Assembly: GCA_041573795.1 (NCBI GenBank)
Contig: JBFFQB010000004.1
Span: 1-58,263 of the forward strand
Reading direction: 5' to 3'
DNA from: Anaerolineales bacterium
GTDB lineage: Bacteria > Chloroflexota > Anaerolineae > Anaerolineales > E44-bin32
Length of the DNA stretch: 58,263 nucleotides
Every line of letters begins with the position of its first letter. Position 1 is the stretch's first letter. This document shows, one piece after another, positions 10,396 through 19,633 of the stretch. The notes below the pieces were generated by a model. It was not told the origin of the DNA, did no database searches, and worked only from the letters and a program-made list of their open reading frames with translations. The position numbers and the translations under genes are program-made.

Positions 10396-10422
10396 AAGCG
10401 CCTCCAATAGATGGAGGCGCTT
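10396..10422 (-). terminator. Terminator after the NifU-like gene
   Basis: AAGCGCCTCCA / TGGAGGCGCTT inverted repeat. Confidence 0.7.
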
Positions 10423-10446
10423 AGATGCTCAAATTCAAGCGTGTGG

Positions 10447-10713
10447 CTACTCGACGGATTCAACCCGTTTAATATCAGGAAAGAATTGTCTGACGGATCC
10501 CTCCACCCAGCCGCGTAATGTGCCCTCGGAGAGTTGGCAGCCTTCGCATGCGCCACCTAGCTTCACCCTCACAACTTCCCCATCAAATTCGACCAATTCC
10601 ACAGACCCCCCGTGATACTGCTCGATGTAGGAACTAACAACCTCTAAAAGTGAGCGCATCCGCTCTTCTGCGGGCGCATCCATCTGGTGACTATGGTTTT
10701 GAATCTCAGACAT
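10447..10713 (-). CDS. NifU/Nfu-family Fe-S scaffold protein
   Basis: HGGSVELV, LGGACEGC (CxxC). Confidence 0.92.
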   Translation of the reverse strand: MSEIQNHSHQMDAPAEERMRSLLEVVSSYIEQYHGGSVELVEFDGEVVRVKLGGACEGCQLSEGTLRGWVEGSVRQFFPDIKRVESVE

Positions 10714-10753
10714 TATGGCTTCCTCCCGTACCAGTACATTGTACCGTTACAAC

Positions 10754-11215
10754 CTAAGAATTAATACCTTCATGAAGCATATCGACAACGTAGCTATGGG
10801 TTTTCTGCAGCCGCTGGGCGATGACTTCCGCTAGGCGTTCTAAGATGATGACGCCCGTATCGGGATATTGAACGCAAAGTTCCTTAAGCTCTGCACCGAG
10901 GACGCTAAAGGCTGTGCTATCTGCTAGACTTATTGCGCAGGAGGTGTAAACATCGCGGCCAAGGGCTGCTGACCAACCGAAAACACCCCCTTCTTCGATT
11001 TCAGTCACCAGGAGTTGTTCGCCGTCTTCTGGTTTAAAGCGTATTTCCACTTTCCCATCTACAAGGATATACAACTTATCGGCCTGGGCGTCTTGCTCGA
11101 AGATAACTTCACCCTCAGAATAAGTTACATACTCGAAGCGCGGGACGATCAGGTCCAATGTTTGTTGATTGAGCCCCTGAAATAAGGGTAGGGATTTAAC
11201 CGTAGGAATTCTCAT
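10754..11215 (-). CDS. Cyclic nucleotide-binding domain protein (no HTH)
   Basis: LPLFQGL, GEVIFEQD, LYILVDGKV, GGVFGWSA. Confidence 0.88.
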   Translation of the reverse strand: MRIPTVKSLPLFQGLNQQTLDLIVPRFEYVTYSEGEVIFEQDAQADKLYILVDGKVEIRFKPEDGEQLLVTEIEEGGVFGWSAALGRDVYTSCAISLADSTAFSVLGAELKELCVQYPDTGVIILERLAEVIAQRLQKTHSYVVDMLHEGINS

Positions 11216-11342
11216 AAATGGCTAAAGTTACGGATTGTTTTCAGTGTATGACTGGCGAAGAATGATCCGAAGTGGCAACCGTCCGATTCCGGGCGACGAT
11301 GGTCACCTCCTTGTTGGTGTTATCAAGTATCAAGAGTGTTTC

Positions 11343-11371
11343 TTGACGGTGGTGTCCTTTCTCGTTATAGT
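11343..11371 (+). promoter_or_regulatory. Sigma70-type promoter with no downstream ORF
   Basis: TTGACG-N17-TATAGT. Confidence 0.6.
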
Positions 11372-11377
11372 ACGTCT

Positions 11378-11428
11378 AACAGGCGAACATCTGGGTGCCC
11401 CCCTCACCTAGATGTTTGTCTGTTTCTT
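11378..11428 (+). ncRNA. Putative ~50-nt hairpin sRNA
   Basis: 20-bp stem with three G-U pairs that form only on the + strand; CCCCCCT loop; begins 6 nt after the -10 box. Confidence 0.4.
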
Positions 11429-11469
11429 GTACAGCAACTAATGAAAGGGATGGGGCTATGTCCTTGAGT

Positions 11470-12720
11470 TCAAGCAAGCGCTTCGAGGGCCAGACGTAGC
11501 TGTTCGATCTCTTCGATTGTGTTGTAGTGCACCAGCCCTACCCGCAACATACCACCCGAACCCTCAAGGCCCAACCGTTCTGTCACAGCAAGCGCATAAT
11601 AATTACCATCCCAGGCATTGATCCCATTCTGGGCTAGATGCTCAGCGATTTTGCGCGGGGGGCGACCTTCCATGGTGAAAGAAACTGTAGGCACACGCTC
11701 TGCTACGCTTCGCGCTTCGGTTATTCCCCAGATATGAAGACCTGGAATGGATTGCAACGCTTCTATGAGCGCCTTCGACAAGCCAAGCTCTTCTGTTTGA
11801 ATGGCATGTAGTGCCGCTTTCAATAAAAGCTTGCGACCCTCGTATTGACCTGTGAAGGACTCTGCTTTACTTCCGTCGTTCTCCCCGATGGAGGCTAGAT
11901 ATTCAATTGCTCCGAGCACTCCGGCAATACCTTCATGATTTTGCGTTCCAGTTTCGAATTTCCCGGGAGGATCCTTGGGCGCAGGACGCACCTTAAAGGC
12001 ACGCAATCGATCTAGAAGCTCGTATTTTCCAAAAAGCATGCCCATGTGCGGACCGAAAAACTTATAAGCTGAGACCACGAGGAAATCACAGTCCAGATCC
12101 TGGACATCGATCGGGCCGTGGGGTGCGTATTGCACGGCGTCGATGAAAGTGAGCGCGCCGACGTCCCGTGCTTTCTTGATCATGGTGTTTACAGGGTTAA
12201 TGGTCCCGACGGCGTTACTGGCATAACCCAGGGCTAGGAGACGGGTCCGCTCGCTGAGGAGCCTGTCAAATTGATCTTGAAGCAGTGTGCAATCCTCGAT
12301 ATCGAAATCCAGCCAATGTAGTTTAGCTCCACGCGCTTCGGCGATCTGCATCCAGGGCGAGATATTGGCATCATGATCAAGTCGGGTGACGATAATCTCA
12401 TCACCTTCGTTCAATTCCTCAGCCAGAGAACGGCTCAGCGATAGTGTCAGGCTGGTCATGTTTGGCCCAAAAACAATTTCTTCTGCACGGCTGGCATTTA
12501 GAAGATCTGCCACAGCGGACCGCGCTTCCTCTATGAGAGTGTCAGAGGAGATGCTGGTAGCGAATGCTCCGCCATGATTGGCATTGGTTTCGTGATAGTA
12601 AGCGACCATGCGGTCTATAACACGTTGCGGAACCTGTGTGCCCCCAGGATTATCGAAAAAAATCGTCTTGCTCTGGAGGGAGGGAAATTGTTGTCGCAGT
12701 GCTGGGATATCAAGGACCAT
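11470..12720 (-). CDS. Cysteine desulfurase-like PLP enzyme (aminotransferase class V)
   Basis: FFDNPGGTQVP, LDHDAN, DAVQYAPH, SAYKFFGPH, FETGTQN, RVGLVHYNT. Confidence 0.92.
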   Translation of the reverse strand: MVLDIPALRQQFPSLQSKTIFFDNPGGTQVPQRVIDRMVAYYHETNANHGGAFATSISSDTLIEEARSAVADLLNASRAEEIVFGPNMTSLTLSLSRSLAEELNEGDEIIVTRLDHDANISPWMQIAEARGAKLHWLDFDIEDCTLLQDQFDRLLSERTRLLALGYASNAVGTINPVNTMIKKARDVGALTFIDAVQYAPHGPIDVQDLDCDFLVVSAYKFFGPHMGMLFGKYELLDRLRAFKVRPAPKDPPGKFETGTQNHEGIAGVLGAIEYLASIGENDGSKAESFTGQYEGRKLLLKAALHAIQTEELGLSKALIEALQSIPGLHIWGITEARSVAERVPTVSFTMEGRPPRKIAEHLAQNGINAWDGNYYALAVTERLGLEGSGGMLRVGLVHYNTIEEIEQLRLALEALA

Positions 12721-12769
12721 TACGAGTCTCCGCTGGACTGGTTATTCGCCGGATCGGTTATGAGTGGTT

Positions 12770-13381
12770 TTACCGCCTGGGTTCTCGGGAAGGATCCGCC
12801 TGAATAAGCGCTTGTGCTGTTTCAAGATCTTCAGGCGTGTTGATGTTGAAAAAGCTCAAACGCTGGGGGTCAAATATTTCGATCACCTCAGGTTTGATCG
12901 CCAGGACATTAACATATGCGAAAAAGCTGATCATGCGCAACTCATGTTCCGCCAGAGCTCGATCAATTGCGGGTAAGCATGCGCTGCGACGGTAAATGGC
13001 CAACATGGGCTCAAAGTGCCCTTCGATTTGCGGGATGATGACATCAGCGCGTCCAATCAGCGAGAGCATGTGATCGATCAGGTCTGGTTGGAGAAATGGC
13101 ATATCGCAAGCCACAATCAGAACGTGATCATGGCGGGCGGCACTCAAGGCGGTTTTCAACCCAAAGAGGGCACCCTGCCCTGGAACCTCATCCGAAACAA
13201 GTGGAAGCTGGAGATCTTCTAAGGAGTGAGGGGCATTGGTCGTGATAAATAAGTCATCGCTTATGGCTCGCACTCGCTCAAGCACGTGCTCAATTAACCG
13301 CTTACCTGCTAGTGGAACCAGCGCTTTGTCGCGCCCCATACGACTCGAGCGACCTCCGGCTTGGATGGCGATGCTGACCAT
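12770..13381 (-). CDS. mobA: Molybdenum cofactor guanylyltransferase
   Basis: AGGRSSRMGRDKA, VACDMPF, FFNINTPEDL; probably leaderless (TACAAT-6nt-ATG). Confidence 0.93.
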   Translation of the reverse strand: MVSIAIQAGGRSSRMGRDKALVPLAGKRLIEHVLERVRAISDDLFITTNAPHSLEDLQLPLVSDEVPGQGALFGLKTALSAARHDHVLIVACDMPFLQPDLIDHMLSLIGRADVIIPQIEGHFEPMLAIYRRSACLPAIDRALAEHELRMISFFAYVNVLAIKPEVIEIFDPQRLSFFNINTPEDLETAQALIQADPSREPRR

Positions 13382-13437
13382 GGGCACATTGTACACCCCG
13401 CTGCTAGAAAGTGAGCGGTATAATCCCCTATACCAAC

Positions 13438-14562
13438 ATGAAATCCCTCTCTGAGACGCTAGATACGATGACGGCGACGGGAGAGCTGGTTTTACAGCTC
13501 CCTGATCAAGCTGTTCGTTGTCTGGCCTGTGGGCATCGTTGCTTGATCCGCGCGGGCCGCAGAGGCATCTGTCAGGTACGCTTCAATCAATCGGGTGATC
13601 TGCGCGTTCCCTGGGGTTATGTCGCTGGTTTGCAATGTGATCCCACGGAAAAGAAACCCTTCTACCATTTCCTCCCAGGTTCAGATACTCTGACCTTTGG
13701 AATGCTTGGCTGTGATTTTCACTGTGCCTACTGCCAAAACTGGCTTTCCTCTCAAGCTTTGCGCGATCCAGCCTCTGATATCGCCGCTGGCTATCTGCGC
13801 CAACTCACCCCTGGTGAAATCGTACAGCGGGGAGTACAGATGGGGGCTAAGGTGGTTGGTTCTTCTTACAACGAACCCCTGATCACCTCCGAATGGGCGA
13901 AAGCGATTTTCACTGAAGCCCGGGCAGCCGGGATGCACTGTGTCTATGTCTCAAACGGGAACGCCACTCCAGAGGTGCTAGACTACCTGACGCCCTACCT
14001 CTCGGGTTTCAAAATCGACTTGAAAACTATGCAGGATCGGCAATACCGCAAATTGGGGGGCGTCCTCCAGCATGTCCTGGACACAATCGTGGCTGTACAT
14101 ACCCGAGGTTTATGGGTGGAGGTAGTAACGCTGGTTGTACCAGGCTTTAACGACAGCAACGAGGAATTGATGGAGGCGGCACGTTATATCGCCTCGGTGT
14201 CCGAAGATATCCCTTGGCATGTGACGGCGTTTCATCGTGATTACAAGATGGTCGATCCACCTAACACATCGACATCGATGCTGGTAAGAGCAGCCGAGAT
14301 TGGTCTTGAAGCGGGCCTACGCTACGTTTATGCTGGCAACGCACCGGGTCAGGTGGGAGAATATGAACATACAAGCTGTCACCAGTGTGGGAAAATACTA
14401 ATCCGCCGCTACGGGTATATGATCCGTGAGTATGCGCTTACAGATGCAGGCACCTGCCCGCATTGTGATACCGTGATCCCGGGGGTATGGCCTGAAAAGG
14501 CGAGTGAGGTGCGGTTGGATACAGCGCTTGATCGAGTTGCGCGAGGGCCTCGTTTGGTATAA
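13438..14562 (+). CDS. amrS: AmmeMemoRadiSam system radical SAM enzyme
   Basis: N-terminal CxxCxxxC..GxC, DPTEKKPFYHF, CDFHCAYCQNW, YNEP, C-terminal CxxC...CPHC. Confidence 0.92.
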   Translation: MKSLSETLDTMTATGELVLQLPDQAVRCLACGHRCLIRAGRRGICQVRFNQSGDLRVPWGYVAGLQCDPTEKKPFYHFLPGSDTLTFGMLGCDFHCAYCQNWLSSQALRDPASDIAAGYLRQLTPGEIVQRGVQMGAKVVGSSYNEPLITSEWAKAIFTEARAAGMHCVYVSNGNATPEVLDYLTPYLSGFKIDLKTMQDRQYRKLGGVLQHVLDTIVAVHTRGLWVEVVTLVVPGFNDSNEELMEAARYIASVSEDIPWHVTAFHRDYKMVDPPNTSTSMLVRAAEIGLEAGLRYVYAGNAPGQVGEYEHTSCHQCGKILIRRYGYMIREYALTDAGTCPHCDTVIPGVWPEKASEVRLDTALDRVARGPRLV

Positions 14563-14588
14563 AGAAGGTACTGGTTTGGTAGAGGAGA

Positions 14589-14918
14589 ATGCTTGTGCCT
14601 AAAGAAACGTCCGATTCTGCCGTTAAACTGATCATCACTTACGACCCTGTCCCCGAGCGTCGAGAGGCATATTTCCGCTACGTCCTGGGAGAGTTTGTGC
14701 CGGCGCTGGAACAGATGGGGCTGACCTTAAGCGAGGCATGGCACACCGCCTATGGGGAGTACCCGCTGCGTATGAGTGGTTTTCTCGCCAGTGACGTGAG
14801 CCTGATGGACAGCATCCTGACATCGGAAGAATTCCGCCAATTAGAAGAACGCCTGCAGGAGTATGTCATTAACTACTCCAGGCGAGTAGTTGCATGCAAT
14901 AATTCGTTTCAGTTTTAA
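14589..14918 (+). CDS. Hypothetical protein (possible dimeric alpha/beta barrel, NIPSNAP-like)
   Basis: RBS GAGGAG; 109-aa ORF with AWHTAYG; the fold is an inference. Confidence 0.7.
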   Translation: MLVPKETSDSAVKLIITYDPVPERREAYFRYVLGEFVPALEQMGLTLSEAWHTAYGEYPLRMSGFLASDVSLMDSILTSEEFRQLEERLQEYVINYSRRVVACNNSFQF

Positions 14919-15010
14919 TGAGCCTACAAGCGCTTACATCGTTCGGTTTCTGAGAGAGAAAAACTCAACCTTGAGGGTGGCGCAGATCGCTTTACGGGGT
15001 ATACTCTGGA

Positions 15011-15079
15011 AACCCTGGCGCAACCCACATCCTCCTTACAACCCAATTGCCCTACACTGCCCTCACGCCAGGGCTTTTT
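15011..15079 (+). ncRNA. Putative sRNA with C-rich anti-SD loop
   Basis: TATACT at 15000-15005; stem CCCTGGCG / CGCCAGGG; 45-nt almost G-free loop containing CCTCCTT; T5 tail. Confidence 0.45.
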
Positions 15080-15240
15080 ATATAGCGCTCCACTGGAAAG
15101 ATTTCTTTGGCCCGGAGCTTAGTAACCCTGATCTAAACATTTACGAGGCACTTCGTCCAAATTGGTTATGACAGTTGGCACTGGAGCGGGTCTGATCATC
15201 TTGCTACAGTCAGGCTGTAGGATGCTAAAGGGAGGTCCAC

Positions 15241-15462
15241 ATGACCGTCGTCCTCTGGAAAACGATGAAGAGCACAAACTGTGACCGCATCGGTGAGCAA
15301 GTCTCACTGGAGGCTCGCGTGGTTTACCCGGCAGAATTTTTACCGGATCAACCTCCCCGGATCATGGCGCATCGCTGCTCCAAAGGCCTGGAGTGTAATC
15401 AAATGAACACGCCAACCTGTATGTGGGCTGGCACCTTACCAGGTTACGACCCCTTTAAGTAG
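15241..15462 (+). CDS. Small Cys-containing hypothetical protein
   Basis: RBS GGAGG; 73 aa with four Cys (NC...HRCS...C...C). Confidence 0.75.
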   Translation: MTVVLWKTMKSTNCDRIGEQVSLEARVVYPAEFLPDQPPRIMAHRCSKGLECNQMNTPTCMWAGTLPGYDPFK

Positions 15463-15504
15463 AGGACACAACCGAAAAACGCATAGACTCCTCAATAAGG
15501 CGGT

Positions 15505-15535
15505 AAAAAAAGCACCCGGGATACCCGGGTGCTTT
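15505..15535. terminator. Bidirectional terminator
   Basis: A7-GCACCCGGG-ATA-CCCGGGTGC-TTT between convergent genes. Confidence 0.85.
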
Positions 15536-15562
15536 GGATTGTGACCCCTGTTGGTTGAAGGT

Positions 15563-16753
15563 TTAAATTACACCCAACTTTCGACCAACCTTTTCAAAAC
15601 CAGCCAGGCCTTCGTCCAGATCTCCTTGCTCATGCGCAGCGGAGATCATCACTCGAATGCGGGCTTTTCCATGTGGCACTGTGGGGTAGCCAATGGCCAT
15701 AGCGAAGACACCTTCATTGAACAGCTGGCGGCTGAACTGCTGTGCCAAGTTAGCCTCCCCCAGCATGACCGGGGTTATCGGCGTGGTGCTTTTACCCGTA
15801 TCGAACCCCAGCCCCTGCATCTCACGCTTAAAATACTCTGTGTTCGACCACAGGCGATCGACCAAGGTGGTTGATTCTTCGAGTAAATCAACCGCAGCCA
15901 GGCAAGCGGCGGTATCGGGAACTGTCATGGCTGAGGAGAAGAGAAAAGGACGACCGCGTTGCCTTAGCCAGTCAACAATTTCACGTTTTCCTGCCACAAC
16001 ACCCCCCATGACACCGAAAGCCTTGGATAGGGTCCCTACCTCAACATCGACCTTGCCATGCAGATCGAAGTGATCGACGATGCCGCGGCCTCCACGCCCC
16101 AGTACGCCTTCACCATGGGCATCATCCACCATCAGCAAGTAGTTATATTCCTCGGCGATGTCGTAAAAATCCTTCAAGGGGGCAACATCACCATCCATGC
16201 TAAAGACGCCATCGGTAATGATCATACTGCGTTGATAGCCATCGTCCTTATTGGCCTCTATTTTTGCGCGAAGGTCGGCCGGGTCGGCGTGCGCGAATCG
16301 AATGACTTTGGCGCGCGACAACCGGCAGCCATCGATGATGCTTGCATGGTTGAGCTCATCGGAATAGATGACATCCTCTTTCGTAACAAGGGCTGGAATG
16401 GCGGCTAAATTGGCGTTGAAACCGGACTGAAAGGTAATGGCGGCTTGCACCCCTTTGAAGGCGGCCAGGCGCTGTTCAAGCTCTAGGTGGATGCTCATCG
16501 TACCAGCGATGGTGCGGACGGCCCCGGGTCCAACTCCCAGGTCATCGATGGCCTGTTTGGCCCGCTCTACGAGCTCAGGGTGGTTGGCAAGTCCCAGGTA
16601 GTTGTTCGAGCAGAAGTTAAGCACTTCGGCGCCATCCACGGTAAGCCAGGCGCCTTGTGGCGAGCTAAGGGTACGGATGTGGGTGAAAAGCCCAGCCTCC
16701 TTCAGGCCGGCGATCTCATTCGTGATCCATTGCAATTTGTTCTCGGTGCTCAT
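15563..16753 (-). CDS. kbl: Glycine C-acetyltransferase (2-amino-3-ketobutyrate CoA ligase)
   Basis: [54 protein letters not shown]. Confidence 0.93.
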   Translation of the reverse strand: MSTENKLQWITNEIAGLKEAGLFTHIRTLSSPQGAWLTVDGAEVLNFCSNNYLGLANHPELVERAKQAIDDLGVGPGAVRTIAGTMSIHLELEQRLAAFKGVQAAITFQSGFNANLAAIPALVTKEDVIYSDELNHASIIDGCRLSRAKVIRFAHADPADLRAKIEANKDDGYQRSMIITDGVFSMDGDVAPLKDFYDIAEEYNYLLMVDDAHGEGVLGRGGRGIVDHFDLHGKVDVEVGTLSKAFGVMGGVVAGKREIVDWLRQRGRPFLFSSAMTVPDTAACLAAVDLLEESTTLVDRLWSNTEYFKREMQGLGFDTGKSTTPITPVMLGEANLAQQFSRQLFNEGVFAMAIGYPTVPHGKARIRVMISAAHEQGDLDEGLAGFEKVGRKLGVI

Positions 16754-16761
16754 GGGGTTCC

Positions 16762-17034
16762 TCAAGAACTTTCTTCATGTGGGCTGGGGTATCCATCAAT
16801 CAGTTTCGATTTGCGTGCCCTGGAAAATGTTTTCAATCGGCGCTCGCGTTTCTGCGCGCTCGATCGATCTGGTTGATCCTCAAGATATACAAGCTGAACC
16901 GGCCGTCGTGAGCGGGTGTAGCGACTCCCCTGACCTTTATTGTGCTGATTCACACGACGATCCGGGTCTGTCGTCCAACCTGTGTAGTAAGTGCCATCGG
17001 AGCATTCAAGTATGTAGCAATAAAAAGTGGCCAC
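16762..17034 (-). CDS. GIY-YIG nuclease family protein (UPF0213-like)
   Basis: [34 protein letters not shown]. Confidence 0.93.
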   Translation of the reverse strand: MATFYCYILECSDGTYYTGWTTDPDRRVNQHNKGQGSRYTRSRRPVQLVYLEDQPDRSSAQKRERRLKTFSRARKSKLIDGYPSPHEESS

Positions 17035-17132
17035 GGAGGAATTATACGTAGGGCTTGATGACGGGCCAAGCTATAAAAGCCCTTAATACTGGGCAGGCGC
17101 ATACCACCACGGTTACAGTACAGGTGGGTGAC

Positions 17133-18104
17133 TTACTCAGACTTCGGCTTACGCTTTCTCAGGCCGAGCATTTGCCTGACGATGCTCGTATCGACGTCGG
17201 GTACCCTGGGGAGTTCTTCAGCAGCCCAATCGCCGTGCGCTCTCACATGCAGCCAGGATGAGCGAGCGGCATCAGCCTGATGGATATAGGCCATGAGCTC
17301 GTCGTCTTGTTCTGCCATCAGCATCTCCTGTATGCGACCCAGCTCGGTGGATAAAGCATCGAGGCGCAGGATGACTTTGTCTCGATTGGCGGATATACGC
17401 TTGTGATGTTGTTGTGGTTCCGTGGCGCAGAGCGCAGTCGATTGGAAGAAGGTCGCTCCCGCTAAACGTTGAAGTTCACGCCAGGAAGGTGAATTAGCGG
17501 CAGATTGGAACATGGCTGCGCTCAACAATCTTGGCAGGTCCTCCGCCGCAGCGGTAGCTGCATCCTGCTCGTCAATGTCCAGAAAGAAAGGTTGGGCATC
17601 GAGGATTTTAGCCAGGTTGATGGCGATAGCGACTGCGCGTTGGGGTGTATTTGCCGCCGCTGTGATGGCCAGGACCCCGCCAGCGAATCGATCAATGCTT
17701 GGCGAGCTGTCCTCAGCTACAAAGTCAGGGTCGCCAACGACAGGTGTGGCACCGATGTAGGCTCGGTCCGAGGGTAAATGTTCTGCAGCCCATCGAAAGA
17801 GAGGCGCCTTGATCAACCCAGTGTCAAGAATGACAGCTTCGGGTTTCGCATTGGGGCCCAGCGCTTCGAGATAGGCTCTGGTTTCATCATGCGGGAGGGA
17901 GAAGATAATCAAATCTGCACTTTCGAAGGCCTGACGCGGGTGGGCGACGAGACGATCGACAGCATTGGCTGCTTTGGCTGCTTTGGCGGTTTTTTTGTCT
18001 GGATCAAAGCCAAGACGCAACACATCACCATCGACGCGCGCCAACGCCAAACCCATGGTCGCACCTACCGGCTCCAATCCAATCAGGAGGATTTTACTTG
18101 TCAT
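17133..18104 (-). CDS. Prephenate dehydrogenase (TyrA)-like protein with degenerate motifs
   Basis: TyrA layout (Rossmann N-terminus, LDTG..K, dimerisation helices), but catalytic motifs are substituted. Confidence 0.75.
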   Translation of the reverse strand: MTSKILLIGLEPVGATMGLALARVDGDVLRLGFDPDKKTAKAAKAANAVDRLVAHPRQAFESADLIIFSLPHDETRAYLEALGPNAKPEAVILDTGLIKAPLFRWAAEHLPSDRAYIGATPVVGDPDFVAEDSSPSIDRFAGGVLAITAAANTPQRAVAIAINLAKILDAQPFFLDIDEQDAATAAAEDLPRLLSAAMFQSAANSPSWRELQRLAGATFFQSTALCATEPQQHHKRISANRDKVILRLDALSTELGRIQEMLMAEQDDELMAYIHQADAARSSWLHVRAHGDWAAEELPRVPDVDTSIVRQMLGLRKRKPKSE

Positions 18105-18113
18105 GCGCTCACC

Positions 18114-18632
18114 TCAATTTTCACTATCAGCCCTTCGCAAATCTCCTAGTAAGCGGGTAAATGCTGTTTGCGGTTTACCGGCGAGAGGTTCCTGATGCCG
18201 CCGGACGAGTTCCTCGAGTTGTGGGGAGGCCCCATTGGCAGCTGCCAGCTCGGCACCCCAGCGAGGATGTTGCCTTGCAATCGCGAACGGACGCCGCCAT
18301 CCTTCTGGCTCAGATTTTCCCCACTGAATTACCTTTCGGGGGAATAACTGGTTTGCAAGCACGACGATCACGCGATCCAAAACGCTTGGCCGGTGCACAG
18401 ATTTGCCGACATCATGAAGAAGGGCTGCTGCCAGTAAATCCGGATCTGACTTGCCCTCAAGCTCGAGTGCGGAAAAGACGCGCAAGCCATGTGCTTGATC
18501 CGAGGGGGCCATGCGCAGGAATAATTCACGCAGTGGTGGATTTAGGATCACCGAAGCCCGTGCCCAGGCATCCTGATCCGGACGTGCTCTCATGATTTGA
18601 AAAAATTGTTGAATTCGGTATGCCACGCCCAT
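18114..18632 (-). CDS. HD-domain protein
   Basis: DQAH, AALLHDVGK, HPRWGAE, RHQ, ADSEN. Confidence 0.88.
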   Translation of the reverse strand: MGVAYRIQQFFQIMRARPDQDAWARASVILNPPLRELFLRMAPSDQAHGLRVFSALELEGKSDPDLLAAALLHDVGKSVHRPSVLDRVIVVLANQLFPRKVIQWGKSEPEGWRRPFAIARQHPRWGAELAAANGASPQLEELVRRHQEPLAGKPQTAFTRLLGDLRRADSEN

Positions 18633-18634
18633 AC

Positions 18635-19264
18635 TTAGAATACAAGCAGTTGGAGAACACTTGATGCGGGGGTTGCGATAAGGAAACCGAGGATATTCAA
18701 TCCCCCGAAGTTGCCAAGCAGGATCAAACCCATAAGAATGTACATGCCATAAGGACGCAAACGATATAAAAAATCTTGTCCGCTGGGAGGCAGGAAGTAT
18801 TCAGCAACCTTCTCACCATCAAGGGGAAAAATTGGGATTAAGTTGAAGAATAGCAGTATCAGATTGATCCAGATAAACTCCAAGAACAAGGTGCTGATAA
18901 AAGAGCTGGAGAAGCCGACAGCAAGGAGGCCGGCACGAAAGGGTAGCGCCCCCAGGATGGCGAGGAGAAGATTGGCGAAAGGCCCTGCGGCTGCAACGAG
19001 CATCATGCCGGCCGGCGTGCGCCGGCGAACTGCGTAGGGATTCACAAGAACTGGCTTTGCCCAACCAAAACCAGCGATCAGCAGCATGATGGAGCCAAGA
19101 GGGTCTAGGTGCGCCAGCGGATTCAATGTAAGACGTCCCTGTAACCTGGGGGTATCATCCCCCAATTGGTCGGCTGCCCAGGCATGTGCAAACTCATGCA
19201 CGCTAAAGGCAATAACCAAGACGATGAGGCGGGAGATTAATCGTTCGATAGAAAGACCAAACAT
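18635..19264 (-). CDS. Site-2 protease (M50 family)
   Basis: HEFAH, GRLTLNPLAHLD, AGPFAN, FNLIPIFPLDG. Confidence 0.95.
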   Translation of the reverse strand: MFGLSIERLISRLIVLVIAFSVHEFAHAWAADQLGDDTPRLQGRLTLNPLAHLDPLGSIMLLIAGFGWAKPVLVNPYAVRRRTPAGMMLVAAAGPFANLLLAILGALPFRAGLLAVGFSSSFISTLFLEFIWINLILLFFNLIPIFPLDGEKVAEYFLPPSGQDFLYRLRPYGMYILMGLILLGNFGGLNILGFLIATPASSVLQLLVF

Positions 19265-19368
19265 AATGTTGGATTATATCATCTGGCCTGGTGGTATAAT
19301 CCGCGCTCCCGATCGATGCAGGTTTACAGGCTCAGCTATGCTTTCCCGTCCGGTATAGGCCAGGTAAG

Positions 19369-19581
19369 GTGAGTTTGATGCTTCCTGATTTAGAACTTGA
19401 TGATCTGCTGCGCTTACGCAAACCCCATCCCTGTGGGAGCACAGATTGGGTCGTTTACCGCCTGGGCGCAGACATAGGCTTAAAGTGCGTTGGGTGTGGA
19501 CGCAGGATCTTGCTTCCCCGGCGCGAGGTCGCCCGCAGAATGAAAACACGCCTGCCTCGATCCGAGGAAGGCGCGGGGTGA
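19369..19581 (+). CDS. DUF951 family protein
   Basis: [26 protein letters not shown]. Confidence 0.9.
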   Translation: MSLMLPDLELDDLLRLRKPHPCGSTDWVVYRLGADIGLKCVGCGRRILLPRREVARRMKTRLPRSEEGAG

Positions 19582-19633
19582 GCCTGTTAAACTAATGCTT
19601 TCTCGTTTCTCAGTCGGGTAATCTCTAACGCAA

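Noticed and set aside
11247-11296. ZTP (pfl) riboswitch-like words TGACTGGCGAA...GTGG..AACC...CCGTCCG
   Set aside because: Lacks the GGGGAG and CGCCTGGGC elements, is on the wrong strand for the adjacent gene, and no purine or folate gene follows
16762-17034. GIY-YIG nuclease as a homing endonuclease or mobile element
   Set aside because: Stand-alone 90-aa UPF0213-type protein, with no intron, intein or flanking repeats
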